Of a stretch of 64,000 nt of DNA, positions 44,482 to 54,097 are shown in pieces. The stretch covers positions 27,752 through 91,751 of the forward strand of contig JADFWT010000001.1 in assembly GCA_015233785.1 (NCBI GenBank), given 5' to 3'. The translations under genes and the position numbers were made by a program. Position 1 is the first letter of the stretch, and every line of letters starts with the position of its first letter. The notes under the pieces are model-generated. The model worked only from the letters and a program-made list of their open reading frames with translations, did no database searches and was not told the origin of the DNA. This stretch comes from Magnetococcales bacterium. GTDB lineage: Bacteria > Pseudomonadota > Magnetococcia > Magnetococcales > JADFWT01.

Positions 44482-45354
44482 ATGGCACAGATCGCACCCC
44501 GACTGCTCGACGGCAACCATCTGGCACTCAAAGCCTGTCGTCACGGCCTGATGGCCTATAATAAAAACGACGCCTTTGTCGGGCGGGCGCTGGATCTCTA
44601 CGGCGAGTGGTGCGAAGCGGAGATGGCACTTCTCGGCCAGATTCTACAACCCGGTCAAACCGTGCTTGATATCGGCGCCAATATCGGTACCCATACGCTA
44701 TTTTTCTCCCAACAGGTGACCGGGAAGGAGCAGATAGGCGTCGTACACGCCTTTGAGCCGCAACGATTGGCCTACCAAATGCTGTGCGCCAATCTGGCTA
44801 TCAATGAACGTCTCAACGTCTTCACCCATCAGGTTGCGGTGGGAGATGCCCCAGGAGAGACCCTGATACCCGCCATACATCCCCGTGAGAAAATCAACTT
44901 TTCGGGACTACCGGCCATCGGATATGAACAGGGCGAGACCGTCTCGGTGGTCACCATTGATGGCCTTAACCTGCCAGCCTGTCATCTTATCAAGATTGAT
45001 GTGGAAGGGATGGAGAGTCGCGTTCTTAACGGGGCACGAGAGACCATTGGCCGCTACCGTCCGGTAATCTACACCGAGAACAACACCGAGGAACGCGCAG
45101 CCGAAACCATCGCCACCATGACGTCACTGAACTACCGCTGCTGGTGGCACATCGAAGGCTATTATAACCCGAACAATCACTTCAACAATGAGGAGAATAT
45201 CTTCCAAAAATATGCGCCGGAAGCCAATATGCTCTGCTTTCACCAGGATCTGACAATCAACGTCGATGACTCTTTTCCACCGGTTACCGGGGTGGATGAC
45301 AACTATCTCAAGGCATTGGATCGACGGATGGAGGCACTCAACCCATCGCCATGA
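44482..45354 (+). CDS. FkbM-family SAM-dependent methyltransferase
   Basis: Motifs VLDIGANIGTHTLFFSQ, VHAFEPQ and IKIDVEGME. The ORF is open from 44419; I prefer ATG 44482, which has GAGGAG upstream. Confidence 0.75.
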   Translation: MAQIAPRLLDGNHLALKACRHGLMAYNKNDAFVGRALDLYGEWCEAEMALLGQILQPGQTVLDIGANIGTHTLFFSQQVTGKEQIGVVHAFEPQRLAYQMLCANLAINERLNVFTHQVAVGDAPGETLIPAIHPREKINFSGLPAIGYEQGETVSVVTIDGLNLPACHLIKIDVEGMESRVLNGARETIGRYRPVIYTENNTEERAAETIATMTSLNYRCWWHIEGYYNPNNHFNNEENIFQKYAPEANMLCFHQDLTINVDDSFPPVTGVDDNYLKALDRRMEALNPSP

Positions 45355-45381
45355 GCGATCCAAAGATGACGCCGACTACGA

Positions 45382-48018
45382 TCACTCCGGCGCAACCGCA
45401 TGAAGACGCTTCTCCAGCAGCGCAGGAAACTGCCCAGCCGGGACGGGGGGGCTGAACAGATAACCTTGTAGCTCATTGCACGCCAACTGCTTGAGGAAAG
45501 CCAACTGCTCAGCACTCTCTACCCCCTCGGCGATCACCTCCAACTGGAGCGTGTGGGCCATGGAGATAATGGCAGACACAATGGCGGCATCGTTGGGATC
45601 ATCGGAGAGATCCTTAATGAAAGACCGATCAATCTTCAAAAACTGAATGGGAAATTTTTTCAGCGATCCCAGGGAAGAGTAACCGGTGCCAAAATCATCC
45701 ACCGATATGTAGAGCCCCATGGCCCGCAACAGTTCCATGGTCTCAATGGCTCTGTCCACATCTTCCATGACCATGCTTTCGGTAATTTCCAGCTCCAGAT
45801 ACTCCGGCGGCAGGCCGGTATCTTCCAGAGTTTCCGCCACCAGCCTCACCAGATCATCACTCTCTTGAAACTGGCGCGGCGAGATATTGACCGCTACCCG
45901 GAGCGGCGCTATCCCATCATTCATCCACTGCATGGTCTGAACACAGGCTGTCTTGAGAACCCACCGCCCCATGGGAATCACCAAGCCGCTCTCTTCGGCC
46001 AGCGGAATAAAGGCCCCAGGAGAGATGATGGCGCCATCGGGCTGCACCCAACGCACCAATGCCTCCATGCCGGTCATCCGCCCGCTCTCCAAATCTACTT
46101 TGGGCTGGTAGTAGAGACGGAGCTGATCTTCATCAATGGCGGCCCGCAGCGCCTTCTCCATCTCAAGCCGGGCAACAACACGGGCATTCATTTCAGGGGT
46201 GTAAAAACGGAATGTGGAGCGGCCCGCCTCCTTGGCCTGATACATGGCACTGTCAGCATTTTTGAGAAGATCTTCCAGATTGTCACCATCCTGAGGATAG
46301 ACGGTGACCCCAATACTGCCGGAAACAACCCCCTCACCCGCCTTGAGTCGATACGGTTTGCCCACCTCCTCCAAAATACGACGCGCCACAAACTCCACAT
46401 AACAGACATGGGTCATCTCCGGCAGAATGACGGTAAACTCATCGCCGCCCAATCGTGCCACGGTGTCGTATTTTCTCAGACAGATCTGGATGCGCCGCGC
46501 CGCCTCCTGAAGCAGCTCATCCCCCGCCTCGTGGCCCATGGTATCATTGATCTGTTTGAAACGATCAAGATCGATAAACATCACCACCACCTCCCGCTTG
46601 GAACGGGAGGCGAACTCAATAGCCTGAGCCAGCCGATCCTTAAACAATACACGGTTCGGCAGTTGGGTCAGTTCGTCAAATTCTGCCTGAAATTTAAGCT
46701 GTTGCTCTAACCCTTTACGCTTGATCAATCCCGCAACCGTCGCCCCAACAGCCCCCAGAAATTCGGCCTCTCCTTCCTGAATCTCATAACCTGAAGGGAG
46801 TTGAAGGTGGATCACGCCTACCGGCTGCTTCTCCACCAAAATCGGTAAGCAGTAGTGCGCTTCCGGGTCCGACCGGTGACGAACAGACTCAAGCAGAATC
46901 TCCTCTGACGCCGTATAGAGCGGCCTCGCCTCCCTCATGGCACGCCGGGCAAGCGTCCAACCGGGCTCCATATGGGCACTCTGTTTGAGCTGTGCATCGC
47001 TAAATCCACAATAGGCCGCCAACTCAAGCTCACGCGCCCCCTGCGGTTGGAGAAAGATGGCTCCACGGGGCAGCATGCCTAACCACGGCACCCCGAAAAT
47101 CTCCTCCAAAATACCCTCTAAAAGCTCTGGAAGCGGCATGGGGTCCAAAGATTTTTCCAGCATGCGGCTGATCGCCAGGCGGGCCTGATAATCATGGCGG
47201 GTGCGCCTCTCCGCCGCTTCACGGCTCTCCACCTCCTTCCGAAGCTGATCCACCATCTGATGCAGCCTGAGATGGCTGTCGATGATGCCCATATTCTGGG
47301 TGATGCGACAGAAAAGCTCCTCTTCCTTATAGGGCTTGGCCAGAAAATCGTTGGCACCGGCTTTGATAAACTTTGCCGCCAAGTTGCCGCCATCGTGAGA
47401 TGAGATACCGATGACCGCCAACTCATCTCGGGGGGAACGGCTGCGAATCCTCTTGGTCAGCTCCGCACCGTCCATGTCCGGCATATTGTAGTCGGTAACC
47501 ACCAGGCGAATATCAGGGCTGCTCGACAGGATCTCCAGCGCCTCGCCCGGCCCCTTTGCCTCAAGCACCGGAAAACGATAACGCTCCAGCAACCTACGAA
47601 TCTTGATGCGCGAACTGCTGGAGTCATCTACCACCAAAATGGGATGGGCATGATTTTTCTGTAGGCGATCAATAAAAAACAGCACCGTATCAATAACACC
47701 GATATTGTCTTTTAGAAAATAGTCCAGCACCCCACGAGAGAGCATCTTCTTTTGAAGTTGAAGATCAAAATTTCCGGTTAGCACCACACAGGGAATCTGT
47801 TTGGGAAGAAACAGATCGACAATCTCACCCTCCAAGGCATCCGGCAGGTTGAGGTCCAATACCGCCAGAAAAAAGGGCGCGGCTCCTTCCCGCTCAATCA
47901 CCTGTTCCGCTTCCGCCTTGGTGCGTGCCCAGATGATCTCAAAGGAGAGCTTCCGTTCAAATCGCTGCTTAAGAAGCGACCCGAAGCTCTTGGAGTCTTC
48001 CACCAGGATAATTTTCAT
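45382..48018 (-). CDS. REC-REC-GAF-GGDEF-EAL c-di-GMP turnover protein
   Basis: There are two receiver domains (MKIILVEDS...LDLNLPD; ILVVDDSSSS...TDYNMPDMDG...LAKP) and a GAF-like segment. The GGDEF domain reads RLGGDEFTVIL. The EAL domain reads EALVRW...ELEITES...DDFGTGYSSL...LKID. The ORF is open to 48075; I prefer ATG 48018. Confidence 0.9.
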   Translation of the reverse strand: MKIILVEDSKSFGSLLKQRFERKLSFEIIWARTKAEAEQVIEREGAAPFFLAVLDLNLPDALEGEIVDLFLPKQIPCVVLTGNFDLQLQKKMLSRGVLDYFLKDNIGVIDTVLFFIDRLQKNHAHPILVVDDSSSSRIKIRRLLERYRFPVLEAKGPGEALEILSSSPDIRLVVTDYNMPDMDGAELTKRIRSRSPRDELAVIGISSHDGGNLAAKFIKAGANDFLAKPYKEEELFCRITQNMGIIDSHLRLHQMVDQLRKEVESREAAERRTRHDYQARLAISRMLEKSLDPMPLPELLEGILEEIFGVPWLGMLPRGAIFLQPQGARELELAAYCGFSDAQLKQSAHMEPGWTLARRAMREARPLYTASEEILLESVRHRSDPEAHYCLPILVEKQPVGVIHLQLPSGYEIQEGEAEFLGAVGATVAGLIKRKGLEQQLKFQAEFDELTQLPNRVLFKDRLAQAIEFASRSKREVVVMFIDLDRFKQINDTMGHEAGDELLQEAARRIQICLRKYDTVARLGGDEFTVILPEMTHVCYVEFVARRILEEVGKPYRLKAGEGVVSGSIGVTVYPQDGDNLEDLLKNADSAMYQAKEAGRSTFRFYTPEMNARVVARLEMEKALRAAIDEDQLRLYYQPKVDLESGRMTGMEALVRWVQPDGAIISPGAFIPLAEESGLVIPMGRWVLKTACVQTMQWMNDGIAPLRVAVNISPRQFQESDDLVRLVAETLEDTGLPPEYLELEITESMVMEDVDRAIETMELLRAMGLYISVDDFGTGYSSLGSLKKFPIQFLKIDRSFIKDLSDDPNDAAIVSAIISMAHTLQLEVIAEGVESAEQLAFLKQLACNELQGYLFSPPVPAGQFPALLEKRLHAVAPE

Positions 48019-48373
48019 GCACCCCCGATCCCCCACAATTGCTCCCCATAGCCCATTTAGAGTTGCACGCCGCACCCGACAAATTGCTGATTACCGATTG
48101 CTTTAATGGGGCTGTTAACAATTTCTTATCAATTTTTACACTACCATAACATTGATCAAAGATGGGAACGATTCTCGATCATGGTCAATAATGGGCAATA
48201 ATTGGTAAATTCCAGCCCCGAATCCGCCCTTTTCACCTCTCTTCCGTTCCATTTGGAATGGCAACCACCGCGCCAATCGCGTAGCATGTGGATCATTATT
48301 ACCGGAGGGTAGCCATGACAGAGGCCATCATTCATTCCGTTGGCTTCATTCTATTAAACGAGGGGGAACCCCA

Positions 48374-48808
48374 ATGAGTGATCCAGTGAAGCGGGCAACG
48401 CTGCTTCTGGTTGATGATCTTCCGGCCAACATCAAAATCCTGCTGACCGCACTGCGGGATGAGTTTGAAATTCTAGTGGCTACCAGTGGCCCATTAGCTC
48501 TAAAAACCGTGGCCAACAAACCGGTGGATCTTATCGTCCTGGATATCGTAATGCCGGAGATGGATGGCTATGAGGTGTGTCGCCAACTCAAGGATAATGA
48601 AGCCACCAGCAACATCCCGGTGATATTTCTCACCGGCGGTGATGCCGACTCCGATGAGCGTGAGGGGTTGGCGCTGGGCGCTGTGGATTATGTCACCAAG
48701 CCGGTCAACCCACAGCTTCTAAAACGTCGCATTGAGTCGCAGTTAACCATCCGTGAACTGATGCTGAGAGTGACTGAACTGGAACAGGCGCTGGCAGAAA
48801 AGTCTTAA
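48374..48808 (+). CDS. Single-domain CheY-like response regulator receiver
   Basis: 144-aa ORF with LLLVDDLP, LIVLDIVMPEMDG, PVIFLTG and DYVTKP motifs. Confidence 0.9.
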   Translation: MSDPVKRATLLLVDDLPANIKILLTALRDEFEILVATSGPLALKTVANKPVDLIVLDIVMPEMDGYEVCRQLKDNEATSNIPVIFLTGGDADSDEREGLALGAVDYVTKPVNPQLLKRRIESQLTIRELMLRVTELEQALAEKS

Positions 48809-48845
48809 CTGCGGTTTAATTAACCGCCGTGTACATTGAACTACC

Positions 48846-50237
48846 ATGGATAGAGACCCTATGAAACGTCGCACGCCCCTCGCACGCCCTGGAATCCTGC
48901 TGGCCGTCATGCTGCTGGCCACCCCACTCACCACGGCCCAGGCCGATTGGAAAGAGAAACTGCAAGGTGCCGTGGACGCCACCATGGAGGTTGGCGGAAA
49001 AGCGCTGGATGCCTCCAAAGAGATCGGTGGCAAGGCCCTGGACAGCTCCATGGAGATGGGCGGAAAAGCGCTGGATGCAACCCGTGAGATGAGCCATAAA
49101 GCGCTCGATAAGACCCGCCAGACCCAAGAGGAACTCTCCCGTGGCGTCACCGACCTAAGCCGTTCACCAGAAGATGAAAACGCCCACTTTCAAGAGGTGT
49201 GGAACAGCTCCCTGGGCAAGCTGGAACAAGCTCTGGAGCAGTTCGATAAGATTGAATCTGCCCCTGAATCCAGCTGGTTCGGCACCGACAAAAAATCTGC
49301 ACGGACCGACTTCGAGGAGATCCTGAACGATCTCATCCAGATCCTGGATGACGAACGTATTGGATCCCTGCGTCAGGAGATCCATCAAAGAGAGAGCCGC
49401 ATCAAGGAGCTTCAAGACGACATCCGCCGCTACAAAGAGCAAAAAATTGCCGCTCCCGTGAGCCATATGGTGGAGACCACACGCGGCCAATATGAACAAA
49501 AAATCAAACAGAGTCGCCAAGCCATCACCGAAGAACGCCACGAGATCAATGGCATTAAACGGCGCATGCTGGTGGCCCTTGAGCAGATCGGCGTCCACCT
49601 CACCAAAGATCAACTCTCGGTGCTGCTGGCACGGGTGGACTCCAACGACATCATCCAGATGTCTGCGGTGTTCAACGTGCTCAAGGATATGACCTCCCAG
49701 TTGATGCAGTTGACCGCAGATTCCGGCGAAGATCTCACCGCTGCCCGGCGCTACTACGGCATGCATCTTATGCTGCTGGAGACAGTGGTATTCATGCAGA
49801 CCAAATATATGGACCAAATCGCCACCATCTACATCCCCGGCATCGACCGCATCGGCGATGAAACCCGCAAGCTCAACGCCGACACCCGACGACAGCTCCA
49901 CGCCGAAACCGACGCCAACCGTAAGCGACTCTACCAGCAGAATCTCCACTCCCAGAAGGTAACGCTGAAAGCCACCAAACTCTATTTGAACAACCTCAAG
50001 TCCCAACGCAATAAAGTGGACAAGGCCCGCCAACAGGCGATGAAAAACCGTGCTCTGGCCCGCAACACCTACCGAACCGTGCGAATCAGCGCTGAATTTC
50101 TCACCCTGTTTAAAGCAAGCCAGGAGAGCTTTAAGGCCATCATCAATCTTCAGGTGCCTGAGATTGTGCCGTTCGAAAATCTGGAGGTTCAAAAGAAGTA
50201 TGAGGAGCTATCCTCACGATTGGGAAGCGGCTCCTAA
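48846..50237 (+). CDS. Secreted/periplasmic coiled-coil protein of unknown function
   Basis: 463-aa ORF. It has a signal peptide (MKRRTPLARPGILLAVMLLATPLTTAQA) and four 11-aa GGKALD repeats. The rest is a long, heptad-like charged helical region. A second possible start is at 48861. Confidence 0.7.
   Translation: MDRDPMKRRTPLARPGILLAVMLLATPLTTAQADWKEKLQGAVDATMEVGGKALDASKEIGGKALDSSMEMGGKALDATREMSHKALDKTRQTQEELSRGVTDLSRSPEDENAHFQEVWNSSLGKLEQALEQFDKIESAPESSWFGTDKKSARTDFEEILNDLIQILDDERIGSLRQEIHQRESRIKELQDDIRRYKEQKIAAPVSHMVETTRGQYEQKIKQSRQAITEERHEINGIKRRMLVALEQIGVHLTKDQLSVLLARVDSNDIIQMSAVFNVLKDMTSQLMQLTADSGEDLTAARRYYGMHLMLLETVVFMQTKYMDQIATIYIPGIDRIGDETRKLNADTRRQLHAETDANRKRLYQQNLHSQKVTLKATKLYLNNLKSQRNKVDKARQQAMKNRALARNTYRTVRISAEFLTLFKASQESFKAIINLQVPEIVPFENLEVQKKYEELSSRLGSGS
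48984..49115 (+). repeat. Four tandem 33-nt (11-codon) repeats inside the secreted coiled-coil gene
   Basis: The units start at 48984, 49017, 49050 and 49083. They encode MEVGGKALDAS, KEIGGKALDSS, MEMGGKALDAT and REMSHKALDKT. Units 1 and 3 share the block GGCGGAAAAGCGCTGGATGC. Confidence 0.85.
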
Positions 50238-50261
50238 TCCAGCAACGACAGCCCTAACATT

Positions 50262-52163
50262 ATGAGATCCAATTCTTCTACAGCTTCTCAAGAGCCGACG
50301 GTTGATCAAACCGTTCAACGCGCCCTTACGCATCATCAGGCCGGAGAGCTGGCCGAAGCGGAGCAGCTCTATCGTCAGGTACTGAGTGCCGACCCCAAAC
50401 ATGCAGACGCCCTGCATCTGCTCGGCGTCATCGCCCAACAGGTGGGCCACCCCGAACAGGCGGTGGAGTTGATCCAAAAGGCGCTGCGCCACAATCCCCA
50501 GCAGGCCGAAGCCCACAGCAATCTCGGTAACGCCCTGTATGATCTGGGGCGTTTGAAAGAGGCGGCCCGCGCCTTTCGCAGGGCCATTATCCTACAGCCG
50601 GAATTTGCCAACGCCCACAGCAACCTCGGCAATGCCCTCCTGGGACTCAATCGTCCTGGAGAGGCCATGGCGTGCTGTCAAACGGCCCTGAAACTGGACC
50701 CCGCCTTTGCCGATGCCGAAAACACGCTGGGCAACGCTCACAAAGCGCTGGGAGAGCTGGACAAGGCCGCCCATCACTATCAACGCGCCATGGAGCTGGC
50801 CCCCCAACACCCGCTGGCCTCCTTTAATCTGGGCGGGGTGCTTCTCGATCAGGGACATCTTGAAGGCGCACTCTCCTGCTATCGAGACCGTCTGGCCATT
50901 CAATTTGACTTTCGCATGGCCCGCAGCTATCTCAACGCCTTGCTGTTTCAACCCCAGCTCGACCATGAGACGCTGTTTACCGAGCAGACGCGCCTGATCT
51001 CCCAGGCCATTGCCCTCCAACCGCCCTGCCCAGCCCCTTCCAAGCCAGTCAAGCCTCTTCCAGACTCGACCAACACGCCCCGTTTGAGAATCGGCTATCT
51101 CTCCTCCGACCTCTACGATCACCCGGTAGGCCGTAATGTACTGCCCCTTCTGGCGCACCACGATCACAGCCGTTTTGAAATTTTCTGTTATGCAGAACAC
51201 CCGCGCAGTGATCGCTTTAACGATGCACTCCGCCAATCTGCGGACCATTGGCGGGAGACGGCTGGATACTCCGATGGCGAGGTGGCCAATCAGATCCGGC
51301 AGGATAATGTGCAGATCATGGTCTACCTGGGAGGCTGCTTCAACGACAACCGCATTCTGGTTGCCAACTACCGTCCAGCCCCGGTGCAGATCAGCTTTCA
51401 CGGCGGGGCCAGTACCGGCCTTGAGAACATGGACTACTGGTTAAGCGACAGTGCCATCCATCCTCCATCAGATACCCGCGAGCAGTTCACAGAGACACTG
51501 CATCGACTCCCGGTATTCTACAACTATCCAGCACCTCGGGATGCCCCTCCCATCTCGCCGCTGCCCGCCGAGCGAAACGGCATGATCACCTTTGGCTCCC
51601 TCAACAATCCTGCCAAAATCAATGACGAAGTGATCGCCCTATGGTCGGAGATCCTGCATCAGGTTTCCGATGCAAAAATGCTGCTGAAGTTTCGCAATAT
51701 TTACGATAATCCATCGGTTCGGCAGCGTATGCTGGATGCCTTCGCTGCCCATGACATTCCCGAACAGCGCTTGATGTTCCATAGCGCCCTTGAGCAGCAG
51801 AACCAGCACCTGACGCGTTATCATGTGATCGATATCGCCCTGGACCCGTTCCCCTTCACCGGTGCCACCACCACCTTCCAGGCCCTCTGGATGGGCGTGC
51901 CGGTGGTCACACTGCTCGGGGATCGATTCATCAGCCGTATGGCCGGGGATATTCTTATCCATGGCGGATTTGAATCATGGGCCGTTAGTTCCAAAGAGAC
52001 ATATCGGGAGCGTGCGGTGGCGTTGGCGTCCGACTGGAAACGTCTGGCGGCGCTTCGCACCCAGATTCGCCAGCAACTGGCCGACTCCCCCATCTGTCAG
52101 GGGGCACCCTACGCCGCCTCCGTGGAAACCACTTTTGAAGCCCTCTGGAAGCAACGGAATTGA
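50262..52163 (+). CDS. TPR-GT41 (OGT-like) glycosyltransferase, paralog 11
   Basis: 633-aa ORF. Motifs: RIGYLSSDLYDHPVGRNVLPL and DIALDPFPFTGATTTFQALWMGVPVVTLLG. Confidence 0.9.
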   Translation: MRSNSSTASQEPTVDQTVQRALTHHQAGELAEAEQLYRQVLSADPKHADALHLLGVIAQQVGHPEQAVELIQKALRHNPQQAEAHSNLGNALYDLGRLKEAARAFRRAIILQPEFANAHSNLGNALLGLNRPGEAMACCQTALKLDPAFADAENTLGNAHKALGELDKAAHHYQRAMELAPQHPLASFNLGGVLLDQGHLEGALSCYRDRLAIQFDFRMARSYLNALLFQPQLDHETLFTEQTRLISQAIALQPPCPAPSKPVKPLPDSTNTPRLRIGYLSSDLYDHPVGRNVLPLLAHHDHSRFEIFCYAEHPRSDRFNDALRQSADHWRETAGYSDGEVANQIRQDNVQIMVYLGGCFNDNRILVANYRPAPVQISFHGGASTGLENMDYWLSDSAIHPPSDTREQFTETLHRLPVFYNYPAPRDAPPISPLPAERNGMITFGSLNNPAKINDEVIALWSEILHQVSDAKMLLKFRNIYDNPSVRQRMLDAFAAHDIPEQRLMFHSALEQQNQHLTRYHVIDIALDPFPFTGATTTFQALWMGVPVVTLLGDRFISRMAGDILIHGGFESWAVSSKETYRERAVALASDWKRLAALRTQIRQQLADSPICQGAPYAASVETTFEALWKQRN

Positions 52164-52167
52164 CCGG

Positions 52168-53904
52168 ATGACACCTATCGAAGAGCAGCCCCCGGAGAGA
52201 GAACAGCTCACCCTTGGTGAGGCCTATAATCAAGCTGTCGAACAGTTTAATGCGGGTCGCTTAAACGAGGTAGAACGGATCGGTTCCATCATCCTGCAGG
52301 CTGTTCCCACTCACCTTGAAACCATCAATCTCCTTGGTGTCACGGCCCAGACTCTTCAGCAACATGATCAGGCCGTTGCACAGTTCAGGCATGGGCTTGA
52401 GCTTAATGACCAGGTGGCTACGTTGCACTTTAATCTCGGCATTTCGCTCCAGGCCTTGGGGGCCACGCAGGCGGCCATGTCGGCCTTGCAATCTGCAGTT
52501 GCACTGGAACCGGACAATCCTCAATACAAGGAAACACTGCGCCGCCTCCAGGAGGCCCCCTCATCCGTACCTATACCTGATCAGGCCGACTCGGCAGCCA
52601 TTCAGAGAGGGCTTGATCTGCATCATGCCGGGCAGCTTGATGAGGCATCCGCCTGCTTTCAGGAGATTCTAAGACAGCACCCTGACCACGCCCCGGCTCT
52701 GAACAATCTCGGCAACGTACTCAGTCAGGCCAACCAACTCGAAGAAGCCGTGGCCCATTATCAAAAAGCCATTGCCATCCAACCCGATTCCCCGCATACG
52801 CACTTCAATTTGGGCAATGCCCTCTCCGGCATGAATCGACTGGAAGAGGCGGTGGCCAGCTATCAGCGAGCGATTACCCTTGATGGGCAGCTTGCAGAGT
52901 ACCACTACAATCTTGGCATAGTTGAAGAGAAACGCCACAACACACTGGAAGCGCTCACCTGTTATCAGACCGCCCTCCGCATCAAACCGGACTTTGCAGA
53001 GGCTAGAAAAGCGTATGAAACCTTTCTGAAGCAACAGGTTCCAAACTGGCACTTTGCCATGATGAACGATCTGCCGCGAAATGATGCCTACGAAGCGGCC
53101 ATCAAAGCAGCCGTCACCCCGGACTCAACGGTGTTGGATATTGGAACAGGTGGCGGCTTATTAGCCATGATGGCTGCCAAACATGGAGCCAAAAAGGTCT
53201 ATACCGTAGAGGTCGTCCCAATCATTGCCCAACTTGCCAGAGAGATTATCCAAAAAAATGGCTATGAAGAGGTGATTACGGTTCTCAACAAGGAGTCAAC
53301 TCTTCTTAAGATCGGGCAGGATCTTCCCCAGCGGGCCGACATTTTGGTCACGGAGACCTTTGATGTGGGACTGATTGGCGAACGGGCGATCTCATTCATC
53401 CAACACGCCCATGAACATCTGCTTAAAGAGAACGCCACCATCATTCCACAGCGCGCCGTGGTCTATGGCGCACTACTTGAAAGCGATTCGCTATACAAGA
53501 TGGGAAAAGTTGAGACGGTCTCCGGATTTGATCTCTCTCCGTTCAATATCTGCACAACGCCCTATATGCAACTACCCCTGAAAGACTACGCCCACCACTT
53601 TCTTTCAGACCGTTTTGAAATATTTGATTTTGATTTTGCCAATGGTGAGATCCAAGAAGAGCACAAGATGCTCTCCATCACGCCGACGCAATCAGGAACT
53701 TGCCACGCGGTTGCCTTCTGGTTTCGTCTTTTTTTGGACCAAAACCAACACTACGACACCTCCACCCAGCACAACCCGGACAACCATTGGCAACAGGCCA
53801 TTCACATCGTGGATGACCCCAGATCCGTACAGCCTGGTGAGCCGGTATCGTTGATAACCAGCCACGATAGAAAAACCATTCATTTGGCGCTGGATCAATC
53901 GTAG
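52168..53904 (+). CDS. TPR repeat protein fused to a protein arginine N-methyltransferase (PRMT)-like class I methyltransferase domain
   Basis: The ORF is open from 51862, but that extension overlaps paralog 11. I prefer ATG 52168 (MTPIEEQPPE), 4 nt after the upstream stop. After the TPRs come WHFAMMNDLPRNDAYEAAI, motif I VLDIGTGGGLL, VYTVE, a double-E-loop-like TETFDVGLIGE and a THW-loop-like NHWQQA. Confidence 0.8.
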   Translation: MTPIEEQPPEREQLTLGEAYNQAVEQFNAGRLNEVERIGSIILQAVPTHLETINLLGVTAQTLQQHDQAVAQFRHGLELNDQVATLHFNLGISLQALGATQAAMSALQSAVALEPDNPQYKETLRRLQEAPSSVPIPDQADSAAIQRGLDLHHAGQLDEASACFQEILRQHPDHAPALNNLGNVLSQANQLEEAVAHYQKAIAIQPDSPHTHFNLGNALSGMNRLEEAVASYQRAITLDGQLAEYHYNLGIVEEKRHNTLEALTCYQTALRIKPDFAEARKAYETFLKQQVPNWHFAMMNDLPRNDAYEAAIKAAVTPDSTVLDIGTGGGLLAMMAAKHGAKKVYTVEVVPIIAQLAREIIQKNGYEEVITVLNKESTLLKIGQDLPQRADILVTETFDVGLIGERAISFIQHAHEHLLKENATIIPQRAVVYGALLESDSLYKMGKVETVSGFDLSPFNICTTPYMQLPLKDYAHHFLSDRFEIFDFDFANGEIQEEHKMLSITPTQSGTCHAVAFWFRLFLDQNQHYDTSTQHNPDNHWQQAIHIVDDPRSVQPGEPVSLITSHDRKTIHLALDQS

Positions 53905-54097
53905 GATAGATGATGCAGTCAATGAAGATGTAGCATCCCGCTATTCTCCAGCTACCTGGTTTACATGCAAAACAACAAGCCACTTTTTTGCTGCCCTACC
54001 ATAAACTACATATAAAACTAGATAAACTAAAAGACCATTTGACACCTACTTAATAAGTCCGCATAGTTAAGGTGAAATGAGTCGGTTATTCCCTTAA

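Noticed and set aside
51862-52167. N-terminal 102-codon extension of the TPR-PRMT ORF as listed in the track.
   Set aside because: The extension overlaps the 3' end of GT41 paralog 11 in another frame and translates to Pro/Arg/Trp-rich nonsense. ATG 52168, 4 nt after the upstream stop, gives a sensible N-terminus.
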